Position numbers and translations under genes: made by a program. This document shows, piece by piece, positions 1 to 13,800 of a stretch of 64,000 nucleotides of DNA. How positions within the stretch are numbered: position 1 is the first letter of the stretch; every line of letters begins with the position of its first letter. The stretch spans positions 5,022,001 to 5,086,000 of the forward strand of contig CP075497.1 in assembly GCA_021613535.1 (NCBI GenBank). Reading direction: 5' to 3'. The notes beneath the pieces are model-generated. The model made no database searches. It saw only the letters and a list, made by a program, of their open reading frames with translations, and was not told where the DNA came from. The stretch comes from Adineta vaga. Its lineage: Eukaryota; Animalia; Rotifera.

Positions 1-717
1 AATTATTGTAAATAAATACAGCGAAATTTCTTGGATAGTCAAGTTAAGGATGTGAATATATTTTACGCATTTCAAAAGAAAAACCGCATATTTGTTCGAC
101 TATATCTGTATTCAACATATTTTATCAATGAAACAAATCTACTAGATATAATTGTCTACTTGACTTTACTATTCAGTTGGTGTTTTAGATTTGGTATAAT
201 GAAAAATATTTTTATTACTCTGCTTTACTTTCTTTACCTTCATAGAGTACATGTCTCTTCAGACGAATAATAAACTAGATGTCTGAATTGCAATAGAATA
301 AAATAGTCGTAAAGCGTTAAGTATTTCAAGTTTCATCGATAATCATCACCACAAACTACCTTTCAAAACTTATTGGACTGCATAGTTTTTGACGAAATTT
401 CAGTACTACATTCAAATTAAGTCTAACCAACGCTGTCACAATGAAGTAAAGAATAATAAATCTTCAGTCTTTGTTTATTACTATTTTACAAACCTTTACT
501 ATAGGTTTAGGAGGAAAATAATTCTCTGAAGGTCTATATCCCGCCAATAAATTCAAAAAAGACTTATAAAATAACAATAAATGTAGATTAAAAGTTTACA
601 ATGTTTCACTAACATGTTTTAATGTTTGAGGGTGGGTGTGAGTATGTTTAATTCTTCTGTAAACGACAGTTTTAACGCGTTTCTTTTCATTAATTTTTAC
701 TCCTATGCTAGATAAAT

Positions 718-1250
718 ATGAAACGTACAAAACAATGTTGTTTTAGTTTTTGTGGAACACTCAAAGAGTACGTATTCAATCCTTAAATGTTTTTTTTGTA
801 CGTTAGCTGTATTTTTATTTTATTAGACTTGCTACTTGAGGTAATATCTTGAATTCAGCGATAAGTTTTGTTCTTGGCACTGCATTTTCTAATGTTATTC
901 AATCACTTGTTGATGATATTATGACACCACCCTTAGGTTTAGTTTTGGGTGGTGTTGATTTCATTAATTTAACAATTAAAATGCCAAATTTCATTTATAA
1001 AGATCAACCACCAGTTGTTATTCGTTACGGAAGATTTATTCAAGCACTTATTACTCTAGTTATTGGGGGACTGTCACTTTTGGGTATACTCAAGAGTATC
1101 TATAAACTTTATAGAATAGCTTCGGAACAGGAACAAAAATCTGATTGTGAAACAGCAAATGAAGTAAGAGAAGAAGTGAAACTTTTACGAGAAATTCGGG
1201 ATATATTAGCTCGATCATCCCAAATGGAATCAGTGGATATTCAACTATAA
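718..1250 (+). CDS. mscL: Large-conductance mechanosensitive channel MscL homolog, intron-containing, with in-frame TGA at codon 21 (possible pseudogene or base error)
   Basis: Exon 718-767, GT-AG intron 768-826, exon 827-1250. Translation: MKRTKQCCFSFCGTLKELAT*GNILNSAISFVLGTAFSNVIQSLVDDIMTPPLGLVLGGVDF...IRYGRFIQALITLVI...EEVKLLREIRDIL. This matches the MscL motifs RGN, DIIMPPIG, GGxDF, YGxFI and LLxEIRDLL. Confidence 0.9.
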
Positions 1251-1832
1251 CATCTTTTTTGTTCCACGACTTTTTTTTTCCAAAGATTAACTCTCTTTGT
1301 TATATTGCTTAATGTCATAGAAAAAAAAACATTTATTTGTTCGAAAAATGTCCGACGGCAATAGAAGTATATGCGTAGCGAAAGAATAAACGACTTCTAA
1401 ACTGTACAAATATATGATCTGCTAATGAGAAAAAAAGCACTACACACTCAAAAATAACTCGATGAGACCAAAGAGTAAAATAATAGATGAACAAAGAAAA
1501 AAAATTGATGACATGAACAAAATTTGAGTATTCGACAATCATTTTTATAAAAAAAAAAGAGAGAGAAGAAACAAGTAATACAAACGAAGTACACACGTAC
1601 ATATACAAAACGAAAAAGAAACTAACATGAAGTAAAATGTAACAAGAAACAAAAAAGGTAAAAATCGATTAATACGATTTCGACATGAGACGTAAATAAT
1701 CATTAATTATCTTTAACAGATAGATGACGAGATTCATGAGAAAGACGAAACATGCGAATATGAATACACATTGAAAATTGCACGAACTAAATACATATTC
1801 AATATGTTTTCATTGACTTGTTATCTTAGGAT

Positions 1833-3462
1833 TCATTTTTTGACTCGAGAACGAACTTTACGTGCAGGTTTGTCTAAATGATCAATGAATGATATTGTGA
1901 AATTGTAAAATAAAATCTCTTACCTTGTTGAGAACTGTCACTGTCTCGACGCATACCACCGACACCTTGTGCTGCTTGATTAGCTAATTTTGAAGCATAT
2001 AAATTAGCTTCTTCTTGAGCTTTACCAATATTTTTCTTATATCGTATACGTTTATTACCAAACCAATTACTAACCTGAAAGAAAACCAATTCAGAAATAT
2101 AGATGACAAACGAAAAGAAAAGAAAGCAGCTGTATATTCCCCAGTCACTTATTATCTGTCGATTGGTAATTCAAGTACAAGAAGATTCTCCATAGAAAAC
2201 CTTGAAAGACAAGGTCAACGTTTTTATTCAGCGCCTTATAATTAACTGTTCACACAATAGAACCGTTCGTATCTATTTTAAAACGCGTAACGAATTAAAT
2301 GGATTCAACTTTGAAATGACTTTTTCTGAAAAATGCTCCTTATTTGATTTCTTACTTGTGATACACTAATACTGCATTTTCTCGCCAATTCTTCTTTAGC
2401 TTCTTCACTTGGATATGGATTTGATAGATGTGAATAGAAATATTCGTTAAGAACTTCTGTAGCTGTTTTACTAAAATTTCGACGTTTTCGTCTAGAAAGA
2501 AAAAGATTAATTAGAAACACATGTATTTATCAGTATTATTTACCGCGCATCGAGAAACCGTGAACGAAGTATCATCACAGCTTCACATGTACTTTGTTTC
2601 AATTGTAATTGAATTGATGAAAATTTTTTTCGAATAATCATCACCATTCGATCAATTTCTCGTGGTGAAATAGGTCGCGCACGACTTTGTTCTCGTAATA
2701 AATTTATAACATGACTGGTGAAATCATTACAAGCTTGTTCATATTTTTCAAGTTCACTATGATACAATTGTCGAATTTGAGATAATTTTGCACGATAATC
2801 ACCGTGTTCTAGTGCTGAATCATCATTTATACTAGCAGCAGCATTAGCACTGGCCGCTGAAGATGATGATCCACCTGTTCTTTCAGGTCCAGCAATACCT
2901 TGAAATCAATGGTATAAAGAATCTTTATTGATAAGAATAATAAAGAATTACCTTCAGCAATTAACATATTATCGAGTCGCATTAGTTGTGAATCTGGTGG
3001 TTCATCTTCCGGTAGATTTCGAATATTGATTGCTAGATATGATAAAAGAATAGTTAGAATATTTGAGAAAGAATTAATTGAATATACCTGTTTTCTCTTT
3101 GATTTCACAAAGTACTTGAAAAAAAGCTGGTTTAAGTCGACTTTGATTGAATGCATGTTTCCTAGAAGAAGAACATATGGAATGAGTTAATATATTGAAA
3201 GTAATATTATTCTTTTCACATACCGTGCTTGAGCTTCATCAAGGCTTTGATCAACAATGGACATGATTTGTTGAAGCATTCCATTAACATCATTAAATGG
3301 TTTATTTTCATTAATTCCTGTATCATAAAGATTATATTTTACATCAGATGATGACAAGGACAATGGTGGCTGTGCTGGTACTCCTAGTGGCATCATTTGA
3401 CTATAATGAGATGGTAATGGCGGTGGTACACCTTGACCGTATCCTGGATCTTGACCGTCCAT
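1833..3462 (-). CDS. pbx: PBX/extradenticle TALE homeobox transcription factor (multi-exon)
   Basis: PBC domain segments ([50 protein letters not shown]) and the TALE homeodomain [40 protein letters not shown]...[18 protein letters not shown] at 3462; last exon ends ...RSRVKK* at 1833. Confidence 0.95.
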
Positions 3463-6449
3463 TATCTCAATATAAATATGTCGGACACGTGCAATCAATC
3501 AAACAAGCATACACTACAAGTCTGACCTATTGACTTATTAGTTTTTTTTTTCTTTCCATTCCATATTTTACCCAAAGTAACAAAGAAATAAATAAATAAT
3601 TTTCATTGGTGCATTTTCTCTGCATTGATGTGCTATTCGTAAAATATGCGCACTGATCTGATCGTCTAGGAATGATCATTCTTTTCAGGGATATTCTTCA
3701 TATATTTTGTCTGTAGATTTAATCTTCTGTCGAAGTCATTGATTTCATTGAAGAGCAAATATCGACTTGAAAATTCGAATAAAATCCACATGTATTGATT
3801 GTTGAAAATCTTTTGAAATTTTCTCATGCAAAAAGATCATACATAAAAGCTCAAGAGTCAATAAATTGTTCGATATCCAAGTTTTCCATCAACACTATGA
3901 ATTCTTTATAAATTCCGTGAATACCTATGAGCAATTTGTCAGTTTTCATCAGCTTCTATTGAGATCCAATAATCACTCTTCTTTGTTAAGTATATAAATA
4001 ATATCCTACTATGTTCGCATCGTAACAAACAATTTAAACAAATGGCAATAATTCATATATTCGTATATAATTTCTATCAGTAATATAACATAAATTTTAT
4101 TATTGATTGAGACTAATTGTCTTGCAATTTAGTTTTTAGACAGTAAAATCTATGTATAACTGAACGATAGATCATCCAACTGATTCTTTTGATTTGTTTT
4201 TGAAAACATGGTGAAAGAATTTCAAAGTTTTAGAATGTGATATAATTCACAGTTCAATAATATTAGCATTTAAGTCAATCGGAGATTATGAATCAAATAG
4301 AGATCAGAGTGCTTTCAAAAACAAGGAAATTAGAAATAGAAATAGGTACTCTTAATCTTCATAATAAACATACAAAAGAAAAAAAATAATATTTATCAGA
4401 ATAATCAGGATTAAAGCTTAATGATTCGTTAAATCTGAAGTATCTGTTATGATGTACATTGATACGATGATTCCGTCTGGTATAACTCTCACAAAACTAT
4501 TATTTGGTAATCAAATCACAATAAATTTCTATTTCCCCAGATAAGAAAATGTTACGCAATCATTTTCAACTTTTGTCTGTTTGTTCACATACATATGTAA
4601 TATACATACGGTGTATAAATATTCATCAGGTTCAATTTTCAGAATTGACTGCTTTTCTTGTAATCGATAGAATATATAAATAGAAAAGTGTTAACTCCAC
4701 TTAATAGGCTTATTTCTTAACAAATGTATACATCAATTTATACTCGCCTCGTCTCATTGTTTTGAATAATCCTACGTTTTCATCCGCTATTCATCTGTAG
4801 AATATTTATGCAGATCAATCGCATGTGTATATCCATACTATACACTTGTTAGTAAACCTGTCTATATGCAGTATTGTTTGTGTTTTCATGAGTTCAATAA
4901 TTTGTCTGGACAAATTGTTATATGTTTATTTTACTTGAAATATCAAGTTGATAATGGCCTGAGTAGATTCTTTGAAAAAATCAAAGCTAAATGGAATGTC
5001 TAATTGCTTTTCAAAGGCCATTTATACTTATCAATACTCTGATATATGTATACAATGCTAATGAACTGTTCTTTTGTAAAGTCATTTACCGGTCGATCAA
5101 ACAAATCTGTTCTTGTCCATCATCTCAGATAGCTTCAATATCATACAAACAGAACACAAAAGAAAATGAAAGGTATTATTATATCCTCAAGAAAAGATAA
5201 ATGAGGCTTACTTAGTATGGTCAAGGTTAAAGAAAAGTATATGTTCGAAAAAAGATTATTAAAGATAGGATGTCTGTATTGTATCACCTATTGTCTGGTT
5301 ATCAGTTAAACCTCTATATCTGTCTAGCCTTGATATCGATGAGTTAAAAATGCTTCTTGGAAGAAGAAGAAGAAATGATTGACAGGCTACCATGACTTGT
5401 CAGCATTGCAATGTTCAAAACGACATTCCATCAATCTTCTATTAACATGTGTCAGCATGTGGATATACAGAACTTTTTTGTATTTATAAATGCGAACAAA
5501 AGATACAATGGGAGGAGATGATCACCTCTCGCTGTTGTCTAGCATTATCGGCAACATCTGGATGTGTATGTATGCGATTTACGATTACATCATGATCTTT
5601 TTCTTAATGCATATATGTTATGAGTCCGTTGAGCAGTGAAGCAAGTCATCCATCTACTCGTTCGAATAACAATAAATAAGAAAAAGCTATCGCGATTATC
5701 GTTCATCCACACACACTTGTATATACTCTCTCCACCCATTTTTTTTCTCCTCGCTGTGTGTCTAGTCAAAAAGAATGATTTGATTGGGAACAAATAAAAA
5801 AAAATCAGAAGACTTGACCGTATGTTCATCATTACAACATGAGCGATATCTTGCGTATTGTCTATTTTTCTTTCTCATTGTATTTACTAGACAAAAGTAA
5901 CAACTGTAGATGTCAATGGATGACATAATTTTCAATTATCAAAACTTTACTCAATGAAAAGAATAAAAATGTACATATGTCATCACGATAAGAAGAAGAA
6001 GAAGTTTATCGCATCTTTTTTATTTTATTCCGCTTGTATCAATGTTGTCTTGTATTGATTAACTCACGTCCATTGAGGAAAGGAAGCGAGAGAAGAGAAG
6101 AGAAAGTATATAGATAAAGAACGAGTAGCAGATTTATTTTTGTGAGAAGCGGCTTAGAGCACGATTAAGAGGAAGAGAGAGAGAGAGAAAGAAGAAAAGA
6201 ACGAGAAGAATGGTGACCTGTAAGATCACGTCATCTCCATCTTGGCTACCGCTGGCCGTTTTTTTCTTCTCTCTTTCTCTTTTTTTGTCTCTGTCTTATT
6301 TTCTCTTTCTGTCGATTCGGTTTTATTACTATCGTTACCACCACCACCACCTAACCACTTTGCTCTATTTACCCACCCGTCGTGAAAATTAATCATCCCT
6401 ACTTTTGTCAACATTGATCAAGCAATAAAATAGCTCAACACCTTTCGAC

Positions 6450-7383
<934 letters not shown>

Positions 7384-7436
7384 TTAACTTTTTAACCGAA
7401 CTTTTGTCTCTCAATCTTTTTATCCTGTTCTTGACG

Positions 7437-7460
7437 ACAACAACAACAACAACAACAACA
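7437..7460 (+). repeat. (CAA)n microsatellite in the Crk 3' UTR
   Basis: Directly visible acaacaacaacaacaacaacaaca tract. Confidence 0.8.
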
Positions 7461-8254
7461 GTGACATTTTGTATCTGTATATATGATTTGAATAAATATC
7501 ATGTAGTGTGCTTCTATTTCTAATCAATATTCTATACAAGAAGACATCTCTTCATGAAAATTAATTTCTACGTCAAATGGAAAGATTTTATCTTTTTTCA
7601 AGATTAAATTTCATTTTCTTTTTTTTTTAAAAAAGATAACAATGTATTATTTACGTTCAATAAAGATAAAGATTGATCTTTACTGTTCAATCTATAATTG
7701 TCTATGTCTATAGAGAAGAACTTTTTCATGATAATACTAATCTACTGAAAAAGTTCGAGTGGTAAGTATGCCTTCAGGATGTTCTAGCTTAAGTTAATTG
7801 GTGGAAAGGTTGACACTGCAGACAAGGTTAGACGAATTAATCAAGGATAAGAGGATGATCTAATACAACAGATTGATGTAAATCTACTTTTCAACTAATA
7901 AATATAAGCTTCGAAGAGCAGATCTTATATTATATCATGTGGAATGATATTGAAGGGAGAAGTTTTTTTCTTTTATCAGATTATTTGAAAGCCCGCACGA
8001 AGCGAGCCGAGAAAAAATTAGTCTATAAGACTCATTGAATTATTCCGAAACACAGAAATCTTTAGTAAAAGGCGAAAGATTTTCGTGTGATTGTTCCGGA
8101 ATCAGAGTTAATTTTTCCAAACCAATCACTAACATATATATAGCGAGGCTGAACGCAAAAATTGCTCAGTAGACATTCGCACACATATATGTATCGACAT
8201 ATCTTAATGACTCATTTCATTCCTCTTTTCTTTCATTTCTTCTTCTTCTTCTTT

Positions 8255-8566
8255 CTAACAGGTCGATTGACTTCGTAAAAGATCATGATGTCCATAAAGC
8301 TCATTGGAAAAGTCAGGTCGTGAAAAGAATAATAAACCTTGTTGAAATGGATGACGCCGATCTATTTGCATATTTCTATGAGCACGTCGATATAGAAGAT
8401 ATTTTATTCGATCACTCATTAACATAAATCCTAATTCATTTAATTCCATTGATTGATAGAGAGTCGATGTCCAATACAAGATTGCACTTGTACTGATCCA
8501 AGAAAGAACTGTGAATGAGTTAAAGATGATGATATCAATTGGAATAAATCGATAATTATTCGACAT
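8255..8566 (-). CDS. Orphan 103-aa protein with N-terminal hydrophobic segment
   Basis: Intronless ATG-started ORF with hydrophobic segment IDIIIFNSFTVLSWISTSAILYW and an X-box-like motif about 30 bp upstream. No family recognised. Confidence 0.5.
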   Translation of the reverse strand: MSNNYRFIPIDIIIFNSFTVLSWISTSAILYWTSTLYQSMELNELGFMLMSDRIKYLLYRRAHRNMQIDRRHPFQQGLLFFSRPDFSNELYGHHDLLRSQSTC

Positions 8567-8594
8567 GTTTAGAAATAAAGTAAATCGAAATGAA

Positions 8595-8608
8595 ATTTCT
8601 ATAGCAAC
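8595..8608. promoter_or_regulatory. RFX X-box-like motif
   Basis: ATTTCTATAGCAAC (reverse complement GTTGCTATAGAAAT) fits the X-box consensus RTHNYYWTRRNRAC at all 14 positions. Confidence 0.45.
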
Positions 8609-8764
8609 AAAATGAATTCTTTATTTTCCTGAGTTTTTCTTTTCGCTTTCATTGTAAATATCAGACAAACACGCATAAGAAGAATAATATGATCAAACAT
8701 TGCAAATACTAATGATTAATACAGAAAATTATTATACAAAGAGAAAAGAAAAAGAGAATTAATT

Positions 8765-10366
8765 TTAAGGTGTAACTAATTGTTGTTTTTCAGCGAGTTG
8801 ACCTTGCATTTTAGCCAACATATCTTGCATGCGACGAAGCTGAAATCAAAAGAAATGTTTAGAATCAAATATTTATTTCTAGATAGAATCGTTTTACTTC
8901 ATCATCTTTCTCTTTGATTAATTTCTTTTGTTGTTCATCCGTATCGACCTCATTACTACGTAATTGTTTTCGTGGTTGAAGTTTTTCCGAACGGAAATTT
9001 TCGTAATGAATTTCATGTGTAACTTCTTGTAAATCTTGCATATGTGTTCTGAAATAAAATCGATTAAGATACAGATAAGAGAACAAGAGTCTTTTCTTAC
9101 ATTAACATTGTTCGAAGTTTAATAAAATCGCAATGATCAGAATTTTCGACTTCAACTAAACCCCATGGATACATTCGACCACGAACTTTTTTTCCTTTTA
9201 CTTCAAGTGTTTGAGTTGATGAAATAACTGCAAATGGTACAGCATCTTTTAATTGACGATTTTGTTCTTTAAATTCATCATCTTCATCAGAATCACATTC
9301 AGGAATTTGATAAATTTGAATATTATGTTCACGAATTTGATCAAGAATCTATATTGATAAAAGTGAAATCAAATAATATTTCTCTAAATATAACATACAT
9401 TCTGTTTCATTTGAGTCAATTCTTCGGGTGTTAATGCATCTGCTTTGGCAATAATTGGTACAATATTCACTTTGTGATGTAAGGCTTTCATACATTCAAT
9501 ATCTAATAGTTTCAAACTATGAAAAAAAGAAACAATAATCAATTGTTTTCTTGAAAAAGTTAAATTTGTTATAACAAACCCTCGAGTAAATGGTGAAAGA
9601 AAATAAAAGAGACAATGAACACGATTATCAGAAATATTTCGACGATTCAGACCACTTTCATCATTAAGATAACGTTCAAATTGATTATCAATATAGTTCA
9701 ATATTGGCTTATAACAATCCATTGTGTTGATACTATCGCCATAACCAGGTGTATCAACAACAGTTAAACGTACTTTAACACCACGTTCTTCAATTTCAAC
9801 AGTAGATGCTTCAATTTTAACTGATTGACGAATTTTTTCTATGAATTCAAAATAACTATCAGATCGAATTAGAAGATTATGGAAGTGAAACTAACCTTGA
9901 GCAGTTAAAATATGACGTTCAGGATAAAGATCTGTTAAGAAAAGACTATTAACTAATGTGGCTTTACCAAGTCCACTTTCACCTTGAAAAAACACTAATA
10001 TAAAATATGAATTAAAGAATAAATTGTACATACCAACAACCATTAGAGTAAATTCGAAACCACGTTTAGCGATTTTACGATGAACTTGATTGGGTAAATT
10101 AGCGAAACCAACAAAGCTTGATTGTGCATCTGAACTTGTATATTGATTACCCTATTAAAATAAGAGATTATTGAGAAGATCTTTTAAATAGATACATTGA
10201 AGGCTCTTTCTATTTTTCATCAGATATCATATCAAGAACAATGAACGAATTCTTCGTTTTAAGATAATTCAATGATTATTTTAGACTAATTTACTTCATA
10301 TATTTCTATGGTTAAACTTACATTCGTATCTTTTTGTTGAGCTCGAGGAGCTGCTGTTGTAGTCAT
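8765..10366 (-). CDS. Septin, SEPT2 group (multi-exon)
   Basis: Motifs [82 protein letters not shown] and a short C-terminal coiled coil. Confidence 0.93.
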
Positions 10367-10873
10367 TCTCTATATGATATTGGATATCTCTAAGAAATGG
10401 AACAATCGATCAATCAGTCAATCCATCAATCGATTATTGTTTGTTTATATATTCTAAATTAATCCAATGAATAAATAGAGTTTTTATTTTTCAATCAAAA
10501 AAATATTTTATGAAAAGAAAACATTTTTACTTCAATTTTATGAATTATTTTATCGAATATTTTCATCTTTTTTTCTGATTCGTCAAATTTTAACCAATGA
10601 AATAATTCTTTTTAAGTGCATATGTCAACACGATATATCTCAATGGCACCAATAGATCAACTGACTCGCTAGACTAGATTTGCTTTAACTGCAGATAATT
10701 ATTTCTCAAATGATATTCTTTCGCTCTTGGAGATAGCAAAATACAGGTAATTAGAAATGAACGAAAACAAAAACAAATGGAACAATCTAGTTGAAAAGAT
10801 GAGATTTCAAGAATTTCAATTTAAGATAATAACAGCGCCATTTAATGAATATTTCATCTTTTTCAGTTAAATT

Positions 10874-13800
10874 ATGCAACAACAACGTCGACGGCCACCT
10901 ATTTCAGCTTCACCAGTAGCTTTGAATAACAATTCTAATCGACCCATACGTCAAATACATCGAAGGTACTATTTATTAATTTTCTATTCGATTCTTTTCT
11001 TCAAGTTCATTAAAATTGCAAATGCAATCTTCTTATATTCAATCAAATTTCTACTCGTTCTTACTTGATCTTTATTATTAAAAGATTTTTTATTTATATT
11101 CTAGTATGTCATCCACAGTAAATCAATGTTTTGGTTGTTCTCAACCAATGTATAATCCATTCGTATCGAATGTCCTTGATCGTTTATGGCATCCTGATTG
11201 TGTTCGATGTGTTGTATGTCGATGCTCACTGAATGAACAATGTTATTCACGTGAAGGCAAACTCTATTGTAAAGATGATTTTATTAAGTATGTGTAAAGC
11301 AAAGACCAGATAGATCATGTTCTTCTGATAAATTATTCAATATTTTTGTTTAGAAAATATATTCATCGTTGTTTTTCTTGTCAAAATTTAATTCAATCTC
11401 ATGATTTCATTCGTCGTGTAAGAATGGGTCGAATCTATCATGCTGATTGTTTTGTCTGTATAAAATGTAAACGAATTTTACAAGATGATGATATTAAATG
11501 TTTCTGGCCAACGAATGGTTCAACTTTGAATGATACGGATTATTTATGTCAAGTATGTGTAAATCCAGCAAGTAAATTAGTCAAACCATCGATTGGAACG
11601 ACTTCATCGTCGAATGCTGATGATGGTAAATAATTGAAACATAAAATTACTTAAGCTTTTGTTAAATATGTTTTATTTTTATTTTAGATGAAACAACGAA
11701 TAGTGAATTTTCAACTGCAATAAATGGAAGAGCACCACCGATTGACAAGCAAATGTCAACAACAAGTAATACTAATGTGTCATCAGTTAGTTCTACACAA
11801 TCGTCAGCATTGAAGACATCTACTTTTCCTTCTATTGAACAACAAATTTCTCGTCAATCAATTACATCAACTGTCGATAGTCAAGTTAGTGAGCAGCAAA
11901 CAATGCAAACGGATGATATAGCCACACGTATGTCATTGGATGACTCAGAAATGCCCTCAGTACCGTCAAAACCCACTGGTCGTCAAACGAAAGCTCGTCA
12001 AAATAGTACTACTACTACTAATAAACGATCGACGGCTAAATCGAAAGCAGTATCTCGTCAAAAACAAACAGCCACAATTGAAACGAAAGGTCGACCACCA
12101 TCAACTAGATCAAAATCATCTTCAGCTGCTGCAGCACCTGTACAAACACGATCGAGCAATCGTCGTAATACGAAAACTACACGTTATAGGAAACGAACAT
12201 TTTCTAGTGGCAGTGATGAAGATGAATCCGAAGATGAAGATGAAGATGAAGAAGATGATGATGATGGGGAGGAGGAGGAAGAAGAAGAAGATAATGACAA
12301 TGAACAAGATGTGGATTTTAATGAAGAGGTAGGTTTTTCTTTGATATATTATAGATAAAAAGAAGTCATTATTTATTTATAGGATAATACTCATGATGAT
12401 GAACGAGAAAGCCATCGTTCATCAGGAACCAAAACAAAATCATCCAGAAATGCTAATGAAAAGAAAGCTGAATCTGCATATACAAATACGAAAGCTCCAC
12501 CACCAATCACAACATCAACTTCAAACCAATCTATCACTAGTGAACCACTATCATTATTAAGTGGACTTGCTGCAAATCCCATATCTGTTTCATCTATAAT
12601 TCAATCAGATCTTCCTCCAAGTTTTTTGCCACCAAATTTCAATCCAGCTTTTCCGACACCTCAACAATTTCTTCCACCGAATCATCCGTTTCCACCTGGT
12701 TTTTCTTTGCAAGCAAGGATGCCTATGCCACCACCAATGAATATTTCTCAATCACAATCTGCATCGATCACTGACACACAACATTCGTCTCATTCGGCAA
12801 ATACTTTAGAAACTGATTCGATCGAACGAAAATCTAGTCCTTCGAAAATGGAGATATTGTCTAATGCAGAATCGGGAGTACTGACACATCCAATAGCTAC
12901 TCCTCCAAAAGTATCTCCACTCTCTTCACTACTTGAATTCGGTTCATTACCACCATCGAATGTTGCTGATATACGTCCAACTGCTGTACCTACCAATCCC
13001 TATCCATTTCCTTTCGTTACTCCTGGTCCAGGTGTTCCATTTTCACCTCAAGCAGCTGCTGGCATGACTACTTACTATCGACCACCAGCTCCACCATTCG
13101 CTATTCCACCATCAACAACATCACTTGATATAGCACCACAGACATCTGCAGCAGCAGCAACAACAGTATCACCATCTCAATCAACACCACAAACAGCTTC
13201 TGCCAAACCGAAAAAGAAATCTCCTGCAAAAAGAAAGTCAACAGAAGCTATTTCTCAAAATATACTTGACGAATCATCACCACCGAAAAAGAAAGCTCGT
13301 AAATCGACTTCACGTGGCAAAGGAAAAGTCAAGAAGGATGAAACTGAGGGTGAAAATGATGATGCCGAAGACAAGATGTCATCATCGCCGCCGCTGCCGC
13401 CACCACCACCACCATCATCATTAAAAACAACTAAAAAGAAAAAGAAATTGGGAAAAAGTGATGTAAAAGATAGCATATCTTCGAATGATAATAATGAAAT
13501 GAAAGATGTAAAAGAAACCATAACTACTGCACCGCATAATCTTCTGACACAAATGGGTCTAGGTAATAATTCATTTGTACCACCTCCATTACAATCGTCT
13601 TCCTCAACAAATGCTACACCTCCGACGCCCAGTGTTCAACAACAAGCTCAAATAGCGGCAATGTATAATATGACACCACATTTTGGTGCCTATAATACAT
13701 TTCCAGGTGCATTTAATCCAGCTTTTCCTGGTACAGCTTATCCAGGTGGCTATCCATCTCCGTACGGGTTTCATCCAGCATTTGGTGCATCATCTGGTGG

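Noticed and set aside
7795-7815. NWWKG string downstream of Crk, suggesting a C-terminal SH3 exon
   Set aside because: Immediately followed by a stop, with no flanking SH3 motifs or usable splice sites.
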